Below are positions 47,489 to 56,174 of a stretch of 64,000 bases of DNA, in pieces (the stretch's first letter is position 1; the number at the start of each line of letters is the position of its first letter). A program made the translations under genes and the position numbers. The notes below the pieces were generated by a model. The model saw only the letters and a list, made by a program, of their open reading frames with translations. It made no database searches and was not told the origin of the DNA. The stretch spans positions 161,212 through 225,211 of the forward strand of contig NZ_JAUYRI010000017.1 in assembly GCF_030696885.1 (NCBI RefSeq), read 5' to 3'. The DNA comes from Thiobacillus sp. (GTDB lineage Bacteria; Pseudomonadota; Gammaproteobacteria; Burkholderiales; Thiobacillaceae).

Positions 47489-49791
47489 TGAGTGCCAGCG
47501 ATACCGCCTCCCGCCGGCTGCTATGGTCGGCTGCGCTGGTTTATACCGCGTTCGTCGTGTACGGCAGCCTGGTGCCGCTGGAATACCGCTTCATCCCCTG
47601 GGATGAAGCGGTGGCGCGTTTCAGTGCGATTCCCTTTCTGCGACTGGGCATCGGTTCGCGCGCCGACTGGGTGGCCAACCTGCTGCTGTTCATCCCGCTG
47701 ACCTTCCTGTGGATGGGCGTCCTGAGCGCCGGTGCCGGCCGTGTGGGCACCGTGCTGATCACCCTGCTGCTGATTCCCGCGGCCGCTGCACTGAGTGTCG
47801 GCATCGAGTTCACCCAGCTGTTCTTTCCGCAGCGCACGGTGTCGCAAAACGACATCTTTGCCGAAACCCTGGGCGGCATCCTCGGGGTGCTGGTCTGGTG
47901 GGGGGCCGGCAGACGGTTTCTCGAATGGCTGCATTCCTGGCAGCAGTCACATGCCCGCGCCGCCCTTGCCGAGCGGCTGGCCTGGGTATATCTCGCCGGC
48001 GTGCTGGTCTACAACGTGCTACCGCTCGACCTCACCATCAGCCTGGTCGAGATTTTTCATCAGTGGCGCGACGGCAAGGTCAATTTGATTCCTTTCGGCA
48101 GCCTGCCGGACGATGCCGCCGAGGCGCTGTACGAAATCGCCACCGACGCGCTGATCTGGGTGCCGCTGGCCTTGATGTGGCGACTCGACGGAACGCACAG
48201 CGCCTGGCGCGTGTGGGGCATGACATTCGCTGCGGCCGCCTTGCTGGAGTTCCTGCAGTTGTTCGTCTATTCGCGGGTCAGCGACGTCACCGACCTGATC
48301 ACCGCCGCCGCCGGCGCAGCGCTGGGCACGTGGGTGGGGGGCCGCCTGGCCGCGCGCGTGGCCCCGACCAGCACGATGCCGGCGTGGTCGGCCTGGCTGC
48401 CGTTTGCGCTGGCAGCAGCCTGGGTGCTGCTGCTGGGCGTGGTGTTCTGGTTCCCTTTTGATTTTCAGACGGACGGTGCCTTCATCAAAAGCCGGCTCGA
48501 CTTCGTGCAGCGTGTGCCGTTCGAGGTGTATTACTTCGGCACGGAATTTCGTGCCATCACCGAAGTACTTCGCAAAACCCTCTTCTTCGCGCCACTGGGC
48601 GGGTTGCTGGCGTGGGGCGTGGCGCGCCAGCCGTGGCGCTGGCGCGGCCCGTTGTTCGCGCTGGCGATGCTGGTGCTGGCGGGACTGCCCGCCGTGATCG
48701 AAGGCGGGCAGTTGATGCTGCCGCACAAGATCGTCGACCTCACCGACTGGCTGCTGGCCTGGCTGGGTGGCCTGGCGGGCTATGCGGTGGCGCGGCATCT
48801 GCTGCGCGCACCGCGCCATGCACCGGTACGCTCCGTGGCCAAAGTGGAGAAGCATGAGAATCCGGTAGCCGACGTTGTATCCGCCGCACCCCTTTCACGC
48901 TGGCACCTGCCGCTGATGCTGGGCGGCCTGAGTCTGCTGTTCTGGATGGCGTCGCAGGCTGCGTTCGTGCCGTACAACGTGCGTGAACTGTTCCGGCCGG
49001 AGGCGGCCTGGCTGTCGGCGCTGCTGCTTGCGCTGGCGTGCATCTGGCTGGCCGTGTGGCCAGTGTGGCTGGCGCGCCGCCGGGTCTCCGGCCGTATCCG
49101 GCTGCTTCAGTTGCCGGTGGGGTTGTTGGCCTACGGTGCGCTGGCTTTTCTGCTGCTGCGCGCCGCCGTGCCGGAGGAAAGCCTGTTCGATCTGGTGGGC
49201 AGCCCGGTCCTCGACTGGCCGCGCTGGCTGGAACTCGGGCTGCGCTGGATCGCGCTGGCTGCCATCCCCGGCACGCTGCTGTACCTCGCCACGCAAACCG
49301 TCCGTCGCTGGCGCGGGCGGCGACTCGGTGCCTTGCATTTCTGGGCTGTGCTGCCGCCGCTGGCGCTGGCGTATTGGGGGGTGGTGGCGCAGGCTGCAAC
49401 CGACAACCTGACCGAGCTCATCGCCACGCCGCAACCACTGGCGTTTGCGCTGCTGTGTGCCGGCTTGTATGCGGTATTCGTTGCGGCCGCATTGCTGGCT
49501 TCGCCTGCCGGCACGGCGCAGCGCCTTGCACGATGGGCCGGCGTGGCGCTGTCGCTGCCGCTCACGGCCGTGTGTTTCCACTTCGGTCTGGCCGGCGAAA
49601 TCGACAAGTACGGCCAGCAGTTTTCGGCCCTGCAGTTCCTGCTGAGCAGCGATCGCCAGCATTACGCATCGCTGCCCGCCATCTGGCTGCGTTACGCCGT
49701 GCTGCATGGGCTTGTCATTGCAGCACTTGCCTCCCTACAATGGCCGCACTTCCGCGCCGCTCAACGACATTCTGCCCATGCCTCTCATTGA
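47488..49791 (+). CDS. large multi-pass membrane protein with two VanZ-like domains
   Basis: Two VanZ-like repeats (DWVANLLLFIP...IEFTQLFFPQR..SQND; DALIWVP...LEFLQLFVYSR.SDVTD), plus a third degenerate copy and a multi-TM C-terminus. Confidence 0.7.
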   Translation: MSASDTASRRLLWSAALVYTAFVVYGSLVPLEYRFIPWDEAVARFSAIPFLRLGIGSRADWVANLLLFIPLTFLWMGVLSAGAGRVGTVLITLLLIPAAAALSVGIEFTQLFFPQRTVSQNDIFAETLGGILGVLVWWGAGRRFLEWLHSWQQSHARAALAERLAWVYLAGVLVYNVLPLDLTISLVEIFHQWRDGKVNLIPFGSLPDDAAEALYEIATDALIWVPLALMWRLDGTHSAWRVWGMTFAAAALLEFLQLFVYSRVSDVTDLITAAAGAALGTWVGGRLAARVAPTSTMPAWSAWLPFALAAAWVLLLGVVFWFPFDFQTDGAFIKSRLDFVQRVPFEVYYFGTEFRAITEVLRKTLFFAPLGGLLAWGVARQPWRWRGPLFALAMLVLAGLPAVIEGGQLMLPHKIVDLTDWLLAWLGGLAGYAVARHLLRAPRHAPVRSVAKVEKHENPVADVVSAAPLSRWHLPLMLGGLSLLFWMASQAAFVPYNVRELFRPEAAWLSALLLALACIWLAVWPVWLARRRVSGRIRLLQLPVGLLAYGALAFLLLRAAVPEESLFDLVGSPVLDWPRWLELGLRWIALAAIPGTLLYLATQTVRRWRGRRLGALHFWAVLPPLALAYWGVVAQAATDNLTELIATPQPLAFALLCAGLYAVFVAAALLASPAGTAQRLARWAGVALSLPLTAVCFHFGLAGEIDKYGQQFSALQFLLSSDRQHYASLPAIWLRYAVLHGLVIAALASLQWPHFRAAQRHSAHASH

Positions 49792-50734
49792 TGTTTTCAA
49801 CGGCGACGCCGACGGTCTCTGCGCGCTGCACCAGCTGCGTCTGGCCGACCCCGCCGAGTCCGAACTGGTCACCGGACCCAAGCGCGACATTAGCCTGCTG
49901 AAACGGGTCAAAGCCCAGCCGGGCGACCGTGTCACCGTGCTGGATATCGCGCTGTCAAAGAATCGCGACGCGCTCGACCGGCTGCTCGCTGCCGGCGTGA
50001 AGGTGCGTTACTTCGACCATCACCAGCCGGGCGACATTCCGGCGCATCCGAATTTCGAAGCGCATATCGATACCGATGCCAACGTCTGCACCAGCCTGCT
50101 GGTGAACCGGCATCTACAGGACCGGCATCTGGCGTGGGCGGTCACTGCCGCGTTCGGCGACAACCTGGCCAATGCTGCGCGCGCCGCAGCGGTGCCTCTT
50201 GATTTGTCCGCTGACCAGCTGGCGCAATTGCAATCGCTCGGCGAATGCCTCAACTACAATGGCTATGGTGACACGCTCGATGATCTGTTTTTCGATCCGG
50301 CCGAGCTCTATCGCCTGATGCGCCCATTTGCCGATCCCTTCGCCTTCATCGCCGAGTCGCCGGCCTATCAAACGCTGAATGCCGGCTACCAGGCGGACAT
50401 GGCGCGTGCGGAGGCCGTCAGCGCGATGGACGCGCGTGCTTCCGGGCGCGTCTTCATGCTCCCGGCCGAGAAGTGGGCGCGGCGGATTTCCGGCGTGTTC
50501 GGCAATCAGCTGGCTGTCGAATCGCCCGCACAGGCCCATGCGGTGCTCACCGCAAAGCCGGAGGGCGGCTATGTTGTCAGCGTGCGTGCGCCGCTGAATG
50601 CCAAGTCCGGCGCCGATGAGCTGTGCAGCCAGTTCGACACCGGCGGCGGGCGCAAGGCCGCCGCCGGCATCAATCACCTGCCCGAATCCGGGCTTGGCCG
50701 ATTTATTGCTAGTTTCTACGACATTTATAAATAG
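49778..50734 (+). CDS. DHH/DHHA1-family phosphoesterase
   Basis: NGDADG; VLDI; YFDHH; C-terminal SVRAP...GGGRKAAAG. Confidence 0.82.
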   Translation: MPLIDVFNGDADGLCALHQLRLADPAESELVTGPKRDISLLKRVKAQPGDRVTVLDIALSKNRDALDRLLAAGVKVRYFDHHQPGDIPAHPNFEAHIDTDANVCTSLLVNRHLQDRHLAWAVTAAFGDNLANAARAAAVPLDLSADQLAQLQSLGECLNYNGYGDTLDDLFFDPAELYRLMRPFADPFAFIAESPAYQTLNAGYQADMARAEAVSAMDARASGRVFMLPAEKWARRISGVFGNQLAVESPAQAHAVLTAKPEGGYVVSVRAPLNAKSGADELCSQFDTGGGRKAAAGINHLPESGLGRFIASFYDIYK

Positions 50735-50760
50735 TCTTGCGGTCTTTCCCGGAGCTGAAT

Positions 50761-52389
50761 GTGAATCAACCCATCGCGCCCTACGGCGGCACCCTGGTCA
50801 GCCTGATCGATCCCGCGCGCGGTGATGCGCTCAGACAGGAAGCCCTGAGTTTGCCCTCGCTCGACCTCGACTGGCAGCAGCAGTGCGAACTCGAGATGCT
50901 GATGTCCGGCGCCTATTCGCCGCTGACCGGCTTCATGACACAAGCCCAGTGCGCGCGCGTTGACGCCGAGCGGCAACTCGACGACGGCACGTTCTGGCCC
51001 CTGCCGATTACGCTTTCCAGCCCGCAAAAAAACGCTGCCGAACTGAAGCCCGGTGACCGCGTTGCATTGCGTGACGGCGAGGGCTTCATGCTGGCCGTGC
51101 TCAGCGTCAGCGATGTCTGGCAGGACGGCGCGCGCTGGCACCTCGGCGGCGCGATCGAAGGCGCCGCGCTGCCGCCCCATCCCGATTTCGCCAGCCTGCG
51201 CGCCACGCCGGCCGAGTTGCGCGCGCTGTTCGCCCGCCGTGGCTGGGGCCGCGTGGTGGCCTGGCAGGCCCGCCAGCCAATGCATCGCGCGCAGTTCGAG
51301 TTTTGCCTGAAAAGCGCGATCGAAAATGAGGCCAACCTGCTGCTGCATCCGCAGGTGGGCGGGGATATCACCGATGCGCCTGCGTATTTCGGGCTGGTGC
51401 GCAGCTTCCTCGCAGTCCGCGACCGCTTTCCGTCTGCCAGCACCCAGTTGTCGCTGCTGCCGTCGCCGCCGCGCGAAGCCAGCGCACTTGCCCTGCTGCT
51501 GCGCGCCATCGTCGCGCGCAATTATGGCTGCAGCCTGCTGATTGCGGGCGGTGAACATCTGTCGGACGGCACCTGCCGCCGCGGTGAAGATCTCACCCAG
51601 ACCCATGCCGAGCTGCCCATTGCCGAGTGGGCCGACAGGATTGGCGTGCAGCTGATTGCCTACCCGCGCATGGTGTATGTGGAGGATCGCGCCGAACATC
51701 TGCCTGAATTCGATGCGCCTGCCGGCGCGCGTCTGCTGACACTCAGCGGCGAGGAATTCCATCGCCGCATGCGTGCCGGCCTGAAAATCCCCGACTGGTA
51801 CAGTTTCCCCGAAGTGCTCGCCGAGCTGCATCGGCAGAGTCCGCCGCGCGAACGCCAGGGCTTCACCGTGTTTTTTACCGGCCTGTCGGGCTCGGGCAAG
51901 TCGACGCTGGCGCGCGCGCTGACTGCGCGCTTGATGGAAATGGGCGGTCGCTCCGTCACCCTGCTCGACGGTGACATCGTGCGCCGCCACCTGTCATCCG
52001 AGCTCGGCTTCTCCAAGGCGCATCGCGACATCAACGTGCGGCGCATCGGTTTTGTCGCGTCCGAAATCACCAAGAATCGCGGCATTGCCATCTGCGCGCC
52101 GATCGCGCCGTATCGGCAGACGCGTCGTGACGTACGCGCGATGATCGAAGCCGTGGGCGGCTTTGTCGAAATTCATGTCGCCACGCCGATCGAAACCTGT
52201 GAGTCGCGCGATCGCAAGGGACTCTACGCCAAGGCGCGCGCCGGCCTGATCCCGGAATTCACCGGCGTATCCGATCCTTATGAAATACCCGAAAAGCCGG
52301 AGCTTGCGATTGACACCACCGACCTGGGCATCGACGAGGCCGTGCAGCAACTTCTGCTCAAACTCGAGCACGAGGGTTACCTGCGCTGA
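50761..52389 (+). CDS. cysC: two-domain adenylylsulfate kinase with degenerate ATP-sulfurylase domain
   Basis: The APSK domain is intact (FTGLSGSGKST, LLDGD, RDRKGLY, FTGVSDPYE). In the sulfurylase domain QTRN-x2-H-x2-H has become QARQPMHRAQ and GRDHAG has become GGEH. Confidence 0.92.
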   Translation: MNQPIAPYGGTLVSLIDPARGDALRQEALSLPSLDLDWQQQCELEMLMSGAYSPLTGFMTQAQCARVDAERQLDDGTFWPLPITLSSPQKNAAELKPGDRVALRDGEGFMLAVLSVSDVWQDGARWHLGGAIEGAALPPHPDFASLRATPAELRALFARRGWGRVVAWQARQPMHRAQFEFCLKSAIENEANLLLHPQVGGDITDAPAYFGLVRSFLAVRDRFPSASTQLSLLPSPPREASALALLLRAIVARNYGCSLLIAGGEHLSDGTCRRGEDLTQTHAELPIAEWADRIGVQLIAYPRMVYVEDRAEHLPEFDAPAGARLLTLSGEEFHRRMRAGLKIPDWYSFPEVLAELHRQSPPRERQGFTVFFTGLSGSGKSTLARALTARLMEMGGRSVTLLDGDIVRRHLSSELGFSKAHRDINVRRIGFVASEITKNRGIAICAPIAPYRQTRRDVRAMIEAVGGFVEIHVATPIETCESRDRKGLYAKARAGLIPEFTGVSDPYEIPEKPELAIDTTDLGIDEAVQQLLLKLEHEGYLR

Positions 52390-52406
52390 TTGCGTTTGGT
52401 GAACGT

Positions 52407-52435
52407 AAAAAAGCCGGCGTGAAGCCGGCTTTTTT
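52407..52435. terminator. bidirectional terminator between cysC and PEP-CTERM gene 2
   Basis: AAAAAAGCCGGC-N4-GCCGGCTTTTTT. Confidence 0.88.
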
Positions 52436-52455
52436 ACGGGGTCGTTGCCTTGCTA

Positions 52456-53271
52456 TCAGGCAGCCTTGCGGCGACGCGCGGCCGCCAAGCCGAGCAGACC
52501 CAGACCCATCAGCGCCAGCGAGGCCGGTTCGGGCACGCCGCCCACGGACCCCTGCGGCACGGAGGCAAAGCGCAGGGTGCCGCCAGCAACCAGGAACTCG
52601 CCGAAGCCGTCACCGAAGAAGGTCACGCTGCTGAAAAAGCCCGACGAGTCGATCGCGCCGATGAAGTTGGTGTAGCTGTTTGCCGCAGCGTAGCCAGGGT
52701 TGTCGTTGGCACTCAAGGCATTGGCCGGCAGGGTCGCTGCGCCGCCGTCGAAGGCGATCCACAGGCCGGAACCGGTGGCCGGGACGCCATAGGTGGACTG
52801 AATCGCCGCAGGACGCGTGCCGGTCATACAGCAGGTCGCCCAATCGCCAATTTCGAAGCCGAAAGCGTTCACAGGGTTGGAGAAGGTGAATGTCAGGCCG
52901 GAGTTGAAGCCGGGAATAATTTCTCCGCTAGACGTGCTCGGGCTGATGCCCCAGACCGAACCCGAAAGCGATTGGCCGCCCGAACTGTAGCCGCCGCTGG
53001 GGGTGGCGGTCGAGCCGTTGGGACGGGTGACCGTCACGGTGCCGTTAGCGGGGTCGCCGTTGCTGTCTAGGTACGAGTAGTTGTAAGCGTTTACGCCATT
53101 CACGACTTGTGCCGTGCCCACGGTGGATCCGGTGCCGGTGATGACGGCATCGAACGTGGAAATGTTGCCGAGGGCAAGGTTGTAAACGACCGGTGCGGCC
53201 GATGCGGACGCCAGCATGCCGAGGCTCAGCGCAGTACCCGCGACGGTGGCGAGAACATGTTTGTTGAACAT
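52456..53271 (-). CDS. PEP-CTERM sorting-domain protein 2
   Basis: Signal peptide; GFEIGDWATCC; C-terminal VPEPASLALMGLGLLGLAAARRRKAA. Confidence 0.93.
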   Translation of the reverse strand: MFNKHVLATVAGTALSLGMLASASAAPVVYNLALGNISTFDAVITGTGSTVGTAQVVNGVNAYNYSYLDSNGDPANGTVTVTRPNGSTATPSGGYSSGGQSLSGSVWGISPSTSSGEIIPGFNSGLTFTFSNPVNAFGFEIGDWATCCMTGTRPAAIQSTYGVPATGSGLWIAFDGGAATLPANALSANDNPGYAAANSYTNFIGAIDSSGFFSSVTFFGDGFGEFLVAGGTLRFASVPQGSVGGVPEPASLALMGLGLLGLAAARRRKAA

Positions 53272-53330
53272 TGCTATCTCCTTAAGAAGTCTTGACCACG
53301 GCTGGATGCCAGATCGCGTAAGTTAAGTGA

Positions 53331-53425
53331 GCAACACATGTGCCAGTTATTAAAAAACCATTAAAAACAATAAGTTGATTTTTTATGGTCGGCGGGCTTG
53401 AGGCTTGCTGTAAAATTTTCCGACA
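53331..53425 (-). promoter_or_regulatory. sigma54 promoter + IHF site + UAS cassette for PEP-CTERM gene 2
   Basis: TGGCACATGTGTTGC (53345-53331); IHF-like AAACAATAAGTTG (53365-53377); TGTAAAATTTTCCGACA (53409-53425). Confidence 0.85.
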
Positions 53426-53521
53426 CTTATCCTGCCGAGCGCGCTATGGCTGCCTCCTGGCCGTGCGCTTTCAGGGCCGGGCACGGAGCATGCTTCAGCG
53501 CTGATTCCCGGAGGGGTGGCC

Positions 53522-53560
53522 AAAACAAAACGGCGACCAACAGGTCGCCGTTTTGTTTGT
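53522..53560. terminator. terminator after PEP-CTERM gene 3
   Basis: AAAACAAAACGGCGACC-N4-GGTCGCCGTTTTGTTT. Confidence 0.8.
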
Positions 53561-53576
53561 TTCAGGCTAAGCCGAA

Positions 53577-54410
53577 TCAGGCCGACTTACGACGGCGCAT
53601 CGCGCCCAGGCCCATCAGGCCGATACCGAGCAGCGCCAGCGAGGCAGGCTCGGGAACACCGGCGACGCCGCCATCATCAATCGAACCTTGCGGAACCGAG
53701 GCGAAGCGCAGGGTGCCGCCGGCATAAAGCACTTCACCAAAACCGTCGCCAAAGAAGGTCACGCTGGAGAAGAAGCTTGACGAATCGATCGCACCGATAA
53801 AGTTGGTGAACTGACCATAGGCAGCAACCCCTGGGTTGTCATTTTGGTTCAGCGCATTGGCGGGCAAGGTGGCGGCGCCGCCGTCGAATGCGATCCACAG
53901 GCCAGAGCCAGTTGCGGGCACGCTGTAGGCGGACTGAACGGCAGCAGGCCGGGTGCCGCTGTAGCAGCAGGTCGCCCAGTCGCCGACTTCGAAGCCGAAC
54001 GCGTTGACCGGCGAGGAAAATGTGAACGTCAGGCCGGAGTTGTTGAAACCCGGGATGGCCGGGGTTCCGCCCAGCGCGGCAGACGACGGTCCGATGTCCC
54101 AGAGCGCGCCCGACACGGCACCGATACCCGAACCGTAACCCGAAACGGTCGGGTTGGCGGCGGCGCCGCTGATGGGACGGGTCACAGAAACCGTGGCCGG
54201 GTTGCCATCCTTGTCGATATAGTTGTAAACGCTTTGATTGCGAACGACCTGAGCGGTGACGACGGTGGACCCCGCAGCGGTGATCAGGTTGTCAAAGCCG
54301 GTGGTAATGCCGTTGAGTGCCGTGTTGATGATGAAGGGTGCGGCGACCGCGCTTCCCGCTGTAAACAGGGCCGAGGCGGCAAGCGCGCTGGCCAGTATGG
54401 TTTTATTCAT
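53577..54410 (-). CDS. PEP-CTERM sorting-domain protein 3 (paralog of protein 2)
   Basis: Signal peptide; GFEVGDWATCC; VPEPASLALLGIGLMGLGAMRRRKSA. Confidence 0.93.
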   Translation of the reverse strand: MNKTILASALAASALFTAGSAVAAPFIINTALNGITTGFDNLITAAGSTVVTAQVVRNQSVYNYIDKDGNPATVSVTRPISGAAANPTVSGYGSGIGAVSGALWDIGPSSAALGGTPAIPGFNNSGLTFTFSSPVNAFGFEVGDWATCCYSGTRPAAVQSAYSVPATGSGLWIAFDGGAATLPANALNQNDNPGVAAYGQFTNFIGAIDSSSFFSSVTFFGDGFGEVLYAGGTLRFASVPQGSIDDGGVAGVPEPASLALLGIGLMGLGAMRRRKSA

Positions 54411-54525
54411 GATGGTTGATTCCTTATGAAGTTATCGAATCCGCAAAGGGATAAACGCAATAAGGGGTTAGCCGTGACTTCAAACTTCCCCGAAGACAAA
54501 CCCACATGTGCTGATAGACCCTAAA

Positions 54526-54640
54526 GCATGATCTGTACCAGCATGCGGCCGATGTAAAATCCTATTTATTATCAATAAGCTATATTCTGCTCTTGGATGC
54601 CTGGCTTTAATTTTCAGGCAGGTCGTAAAATTTTCCGACG
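54526..54640 (-). promoter_or_regulatory. sigma54 promoter + IHF site + UAS cassette for PEP-CTERM gene 3
   Basis: TGGTACAGATCATGC (54540-54526); IHF-like TATCAATAAGCTA (54570-54582); CGTAAAATTTTCCGACG (54624-54640). Confidence 0.78.
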
Positions 54641-54731
54641 CTGATCTGCGTCATGCGGGGTGAAGCCATAGGAAGCCATAGAATAGGGCGCCTTGTTAGG
54701 CAAGGGTCATCAAAAGCAACCCGGGGCGGCT

Positions 54732-56165
54732 TCAGGCGTGCGCAGGCCTGGGAGGCGAGTACAGCGAGCCCGCCAGCATGCCGGTCAGGCTGGCGATGAG
54801 CCCGACAAATTGTGGCGGCAGCGCGGCATCGGGCGCGATGAATTCCATCGCAACCCAGCAGACGAAGCCGAGCCCGATCGACAACCCGGCCCCCAGATTG
54901 CTGGCGCGTTTCCAGTAGATGCCGGCGACCAGCGGGACGAAGGCGGTGGCGAGCGTGACCTTGTAGGCGTTCTCGACCATCGAATGGATGCTGGTTGCGG
55001 ATTCCAGCGACCACAGCGAATACGCCACCACCAGCAGCGCAAACACGACGACCACGGCGCGGGTGACCCGCAGCAGCGTCTGCTGGCTCATGCGGTGATG
55101 CGGCAAAAATTCCTTGATGACGTTTTCGGACAGCGTGACCGACGGCGCCAGCAGGGTGCCCGACGCGGTCGACATGATGACCGACAGCAGCGCGCCGTAG
55201 AAGATGATCTGCGCCGCCAGCGGCAGATGCGTCTTGACGAAGGTGGGCAGCACCAGCTGGGCGTCTTCGGCGAGCAGCGCGGTGGTCATGACGGGGTCGA
55301 CCAGCGTCGCCGAATAGGTGAGGTAGATCGGCACCGCGGCAAACAGCAGATAGAGCGTGCCGCCGATGACGGTGCCCCACACGGCGATGCGCTCGGTTTT
55401 CGATGCGTTGGCGCGTTGGAACACGTCCTGCTGCGGGATCGATCCGAAGCCCATGGTAAGGAGGCCCGCGACGAAGGTGATGATCGCCGCCCATTCCATC
55501 GCCGGCCAGAATTCGAACTTGCCGGCGGCCGCGGCGTGCTCGACCACCGGTGCCACGCCGCCCACTTCGGCCATGCCGCCCACCAGCCAGGAAATCCACA
55601 GCAGGCCGGCAACGATCACGGTCATTTGCACCAGCGTGGTCAACGCCACCGACCACATGCCGCCGAACAGGGTGTATAGCGTGACCACGGCGGCGCCGAT
55701 CATGACGCCCTGCGAGGTCGTGATCGTGCCGTCCGACAGCACGTTGAACACCAGCCCCAGCGCCACCACCTGCGCCGATACCCAGCCCAGGTAGGACGCG
55801 GCGATCGCCAGCGACATGACGATTTCCACCGGACGGTTGTAGCGCTTGCGGAAGAAGTCGCCCAGCGTCAGAAGCTTCATGCGGTACAGCGGGCGCGCGA
55901 ACAAGAGGCCGAACAGGATCAGCGCGAGCGCCGCGCCAAAGGGGTCGGAAATCGTGCCGCCGAGGTTTTCGTCGAGGAAGGTGGCGGGGATGCCGAGCAC
56001 GGTCTCCGCCCCGAACCAGGTGGCGAACACCATCGCGACGACGACGATCATCGGCAGCGAACGGCCGGCGGTGATGTAGTCGCTGGCGTTGTGGACCTTG
56101 GTGGCGGCGTAGAGGCCGATGCCGATGGAGAGGACGAGGTAGAGCACGACGAAACCGATCAGCAT
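54732..56165 (-). CDS. sodium:solute symporter family protein
   Basis: DYITAGRSLP; ATWFGAETVLG; YTLFGGMWSV; LSVIMST; about 13 TM helices; substrate unknown. Confidence 0.88.
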   Translation of the reverse strand: MLIGFVVLYLVLSIGIGLYAATKVHNASDYITAGRSLPMIVVVAMVFATWFGAETVLGIPATFLDENLGGTISDPFGAALALILFGLLFARPLYRMKLLTLGDFFRKRYNRPVEIVMSLAIAASYLGWVSAQVVALGLVFNVLSDGTITTSQGVMIGAAVVTLYTLFGGMWSVALTTLVQMTVIVAGLLWISWLVGGMAEVGGVAPVVEHAAAAGKFEFWPAMEWAAIITFVAGLLTMGFGSIPQQDVFQRANASKTERIAVWGTVIGGTLYLLFAAVPIYLTYSATLVDPVMTTALLAEDAQLVLPTFVKTHLPLAAQIIFYGALLSVIMSTASGTLLAPSVTLSENVIKEFLPHHRMSQQTLLRVTRAVVVVFALLVVAYSLWSLESATSIHSMVENAYKVTLATAFVPLVAGIYWKRASNLGAGLSIGLGFVCWVAMEFIAPDAALPPQFVGLIASLTGMLAGSLYSPPRPAHA

Positions 56166-56174
56166 GGCGAGTCC

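Noticed and set aside
40425-54510. CACATGTG palindrome at about 40425, 53335 and 54503
   Set aside because: Three 8-mers with no consistent position relative to promoters; could be chance.
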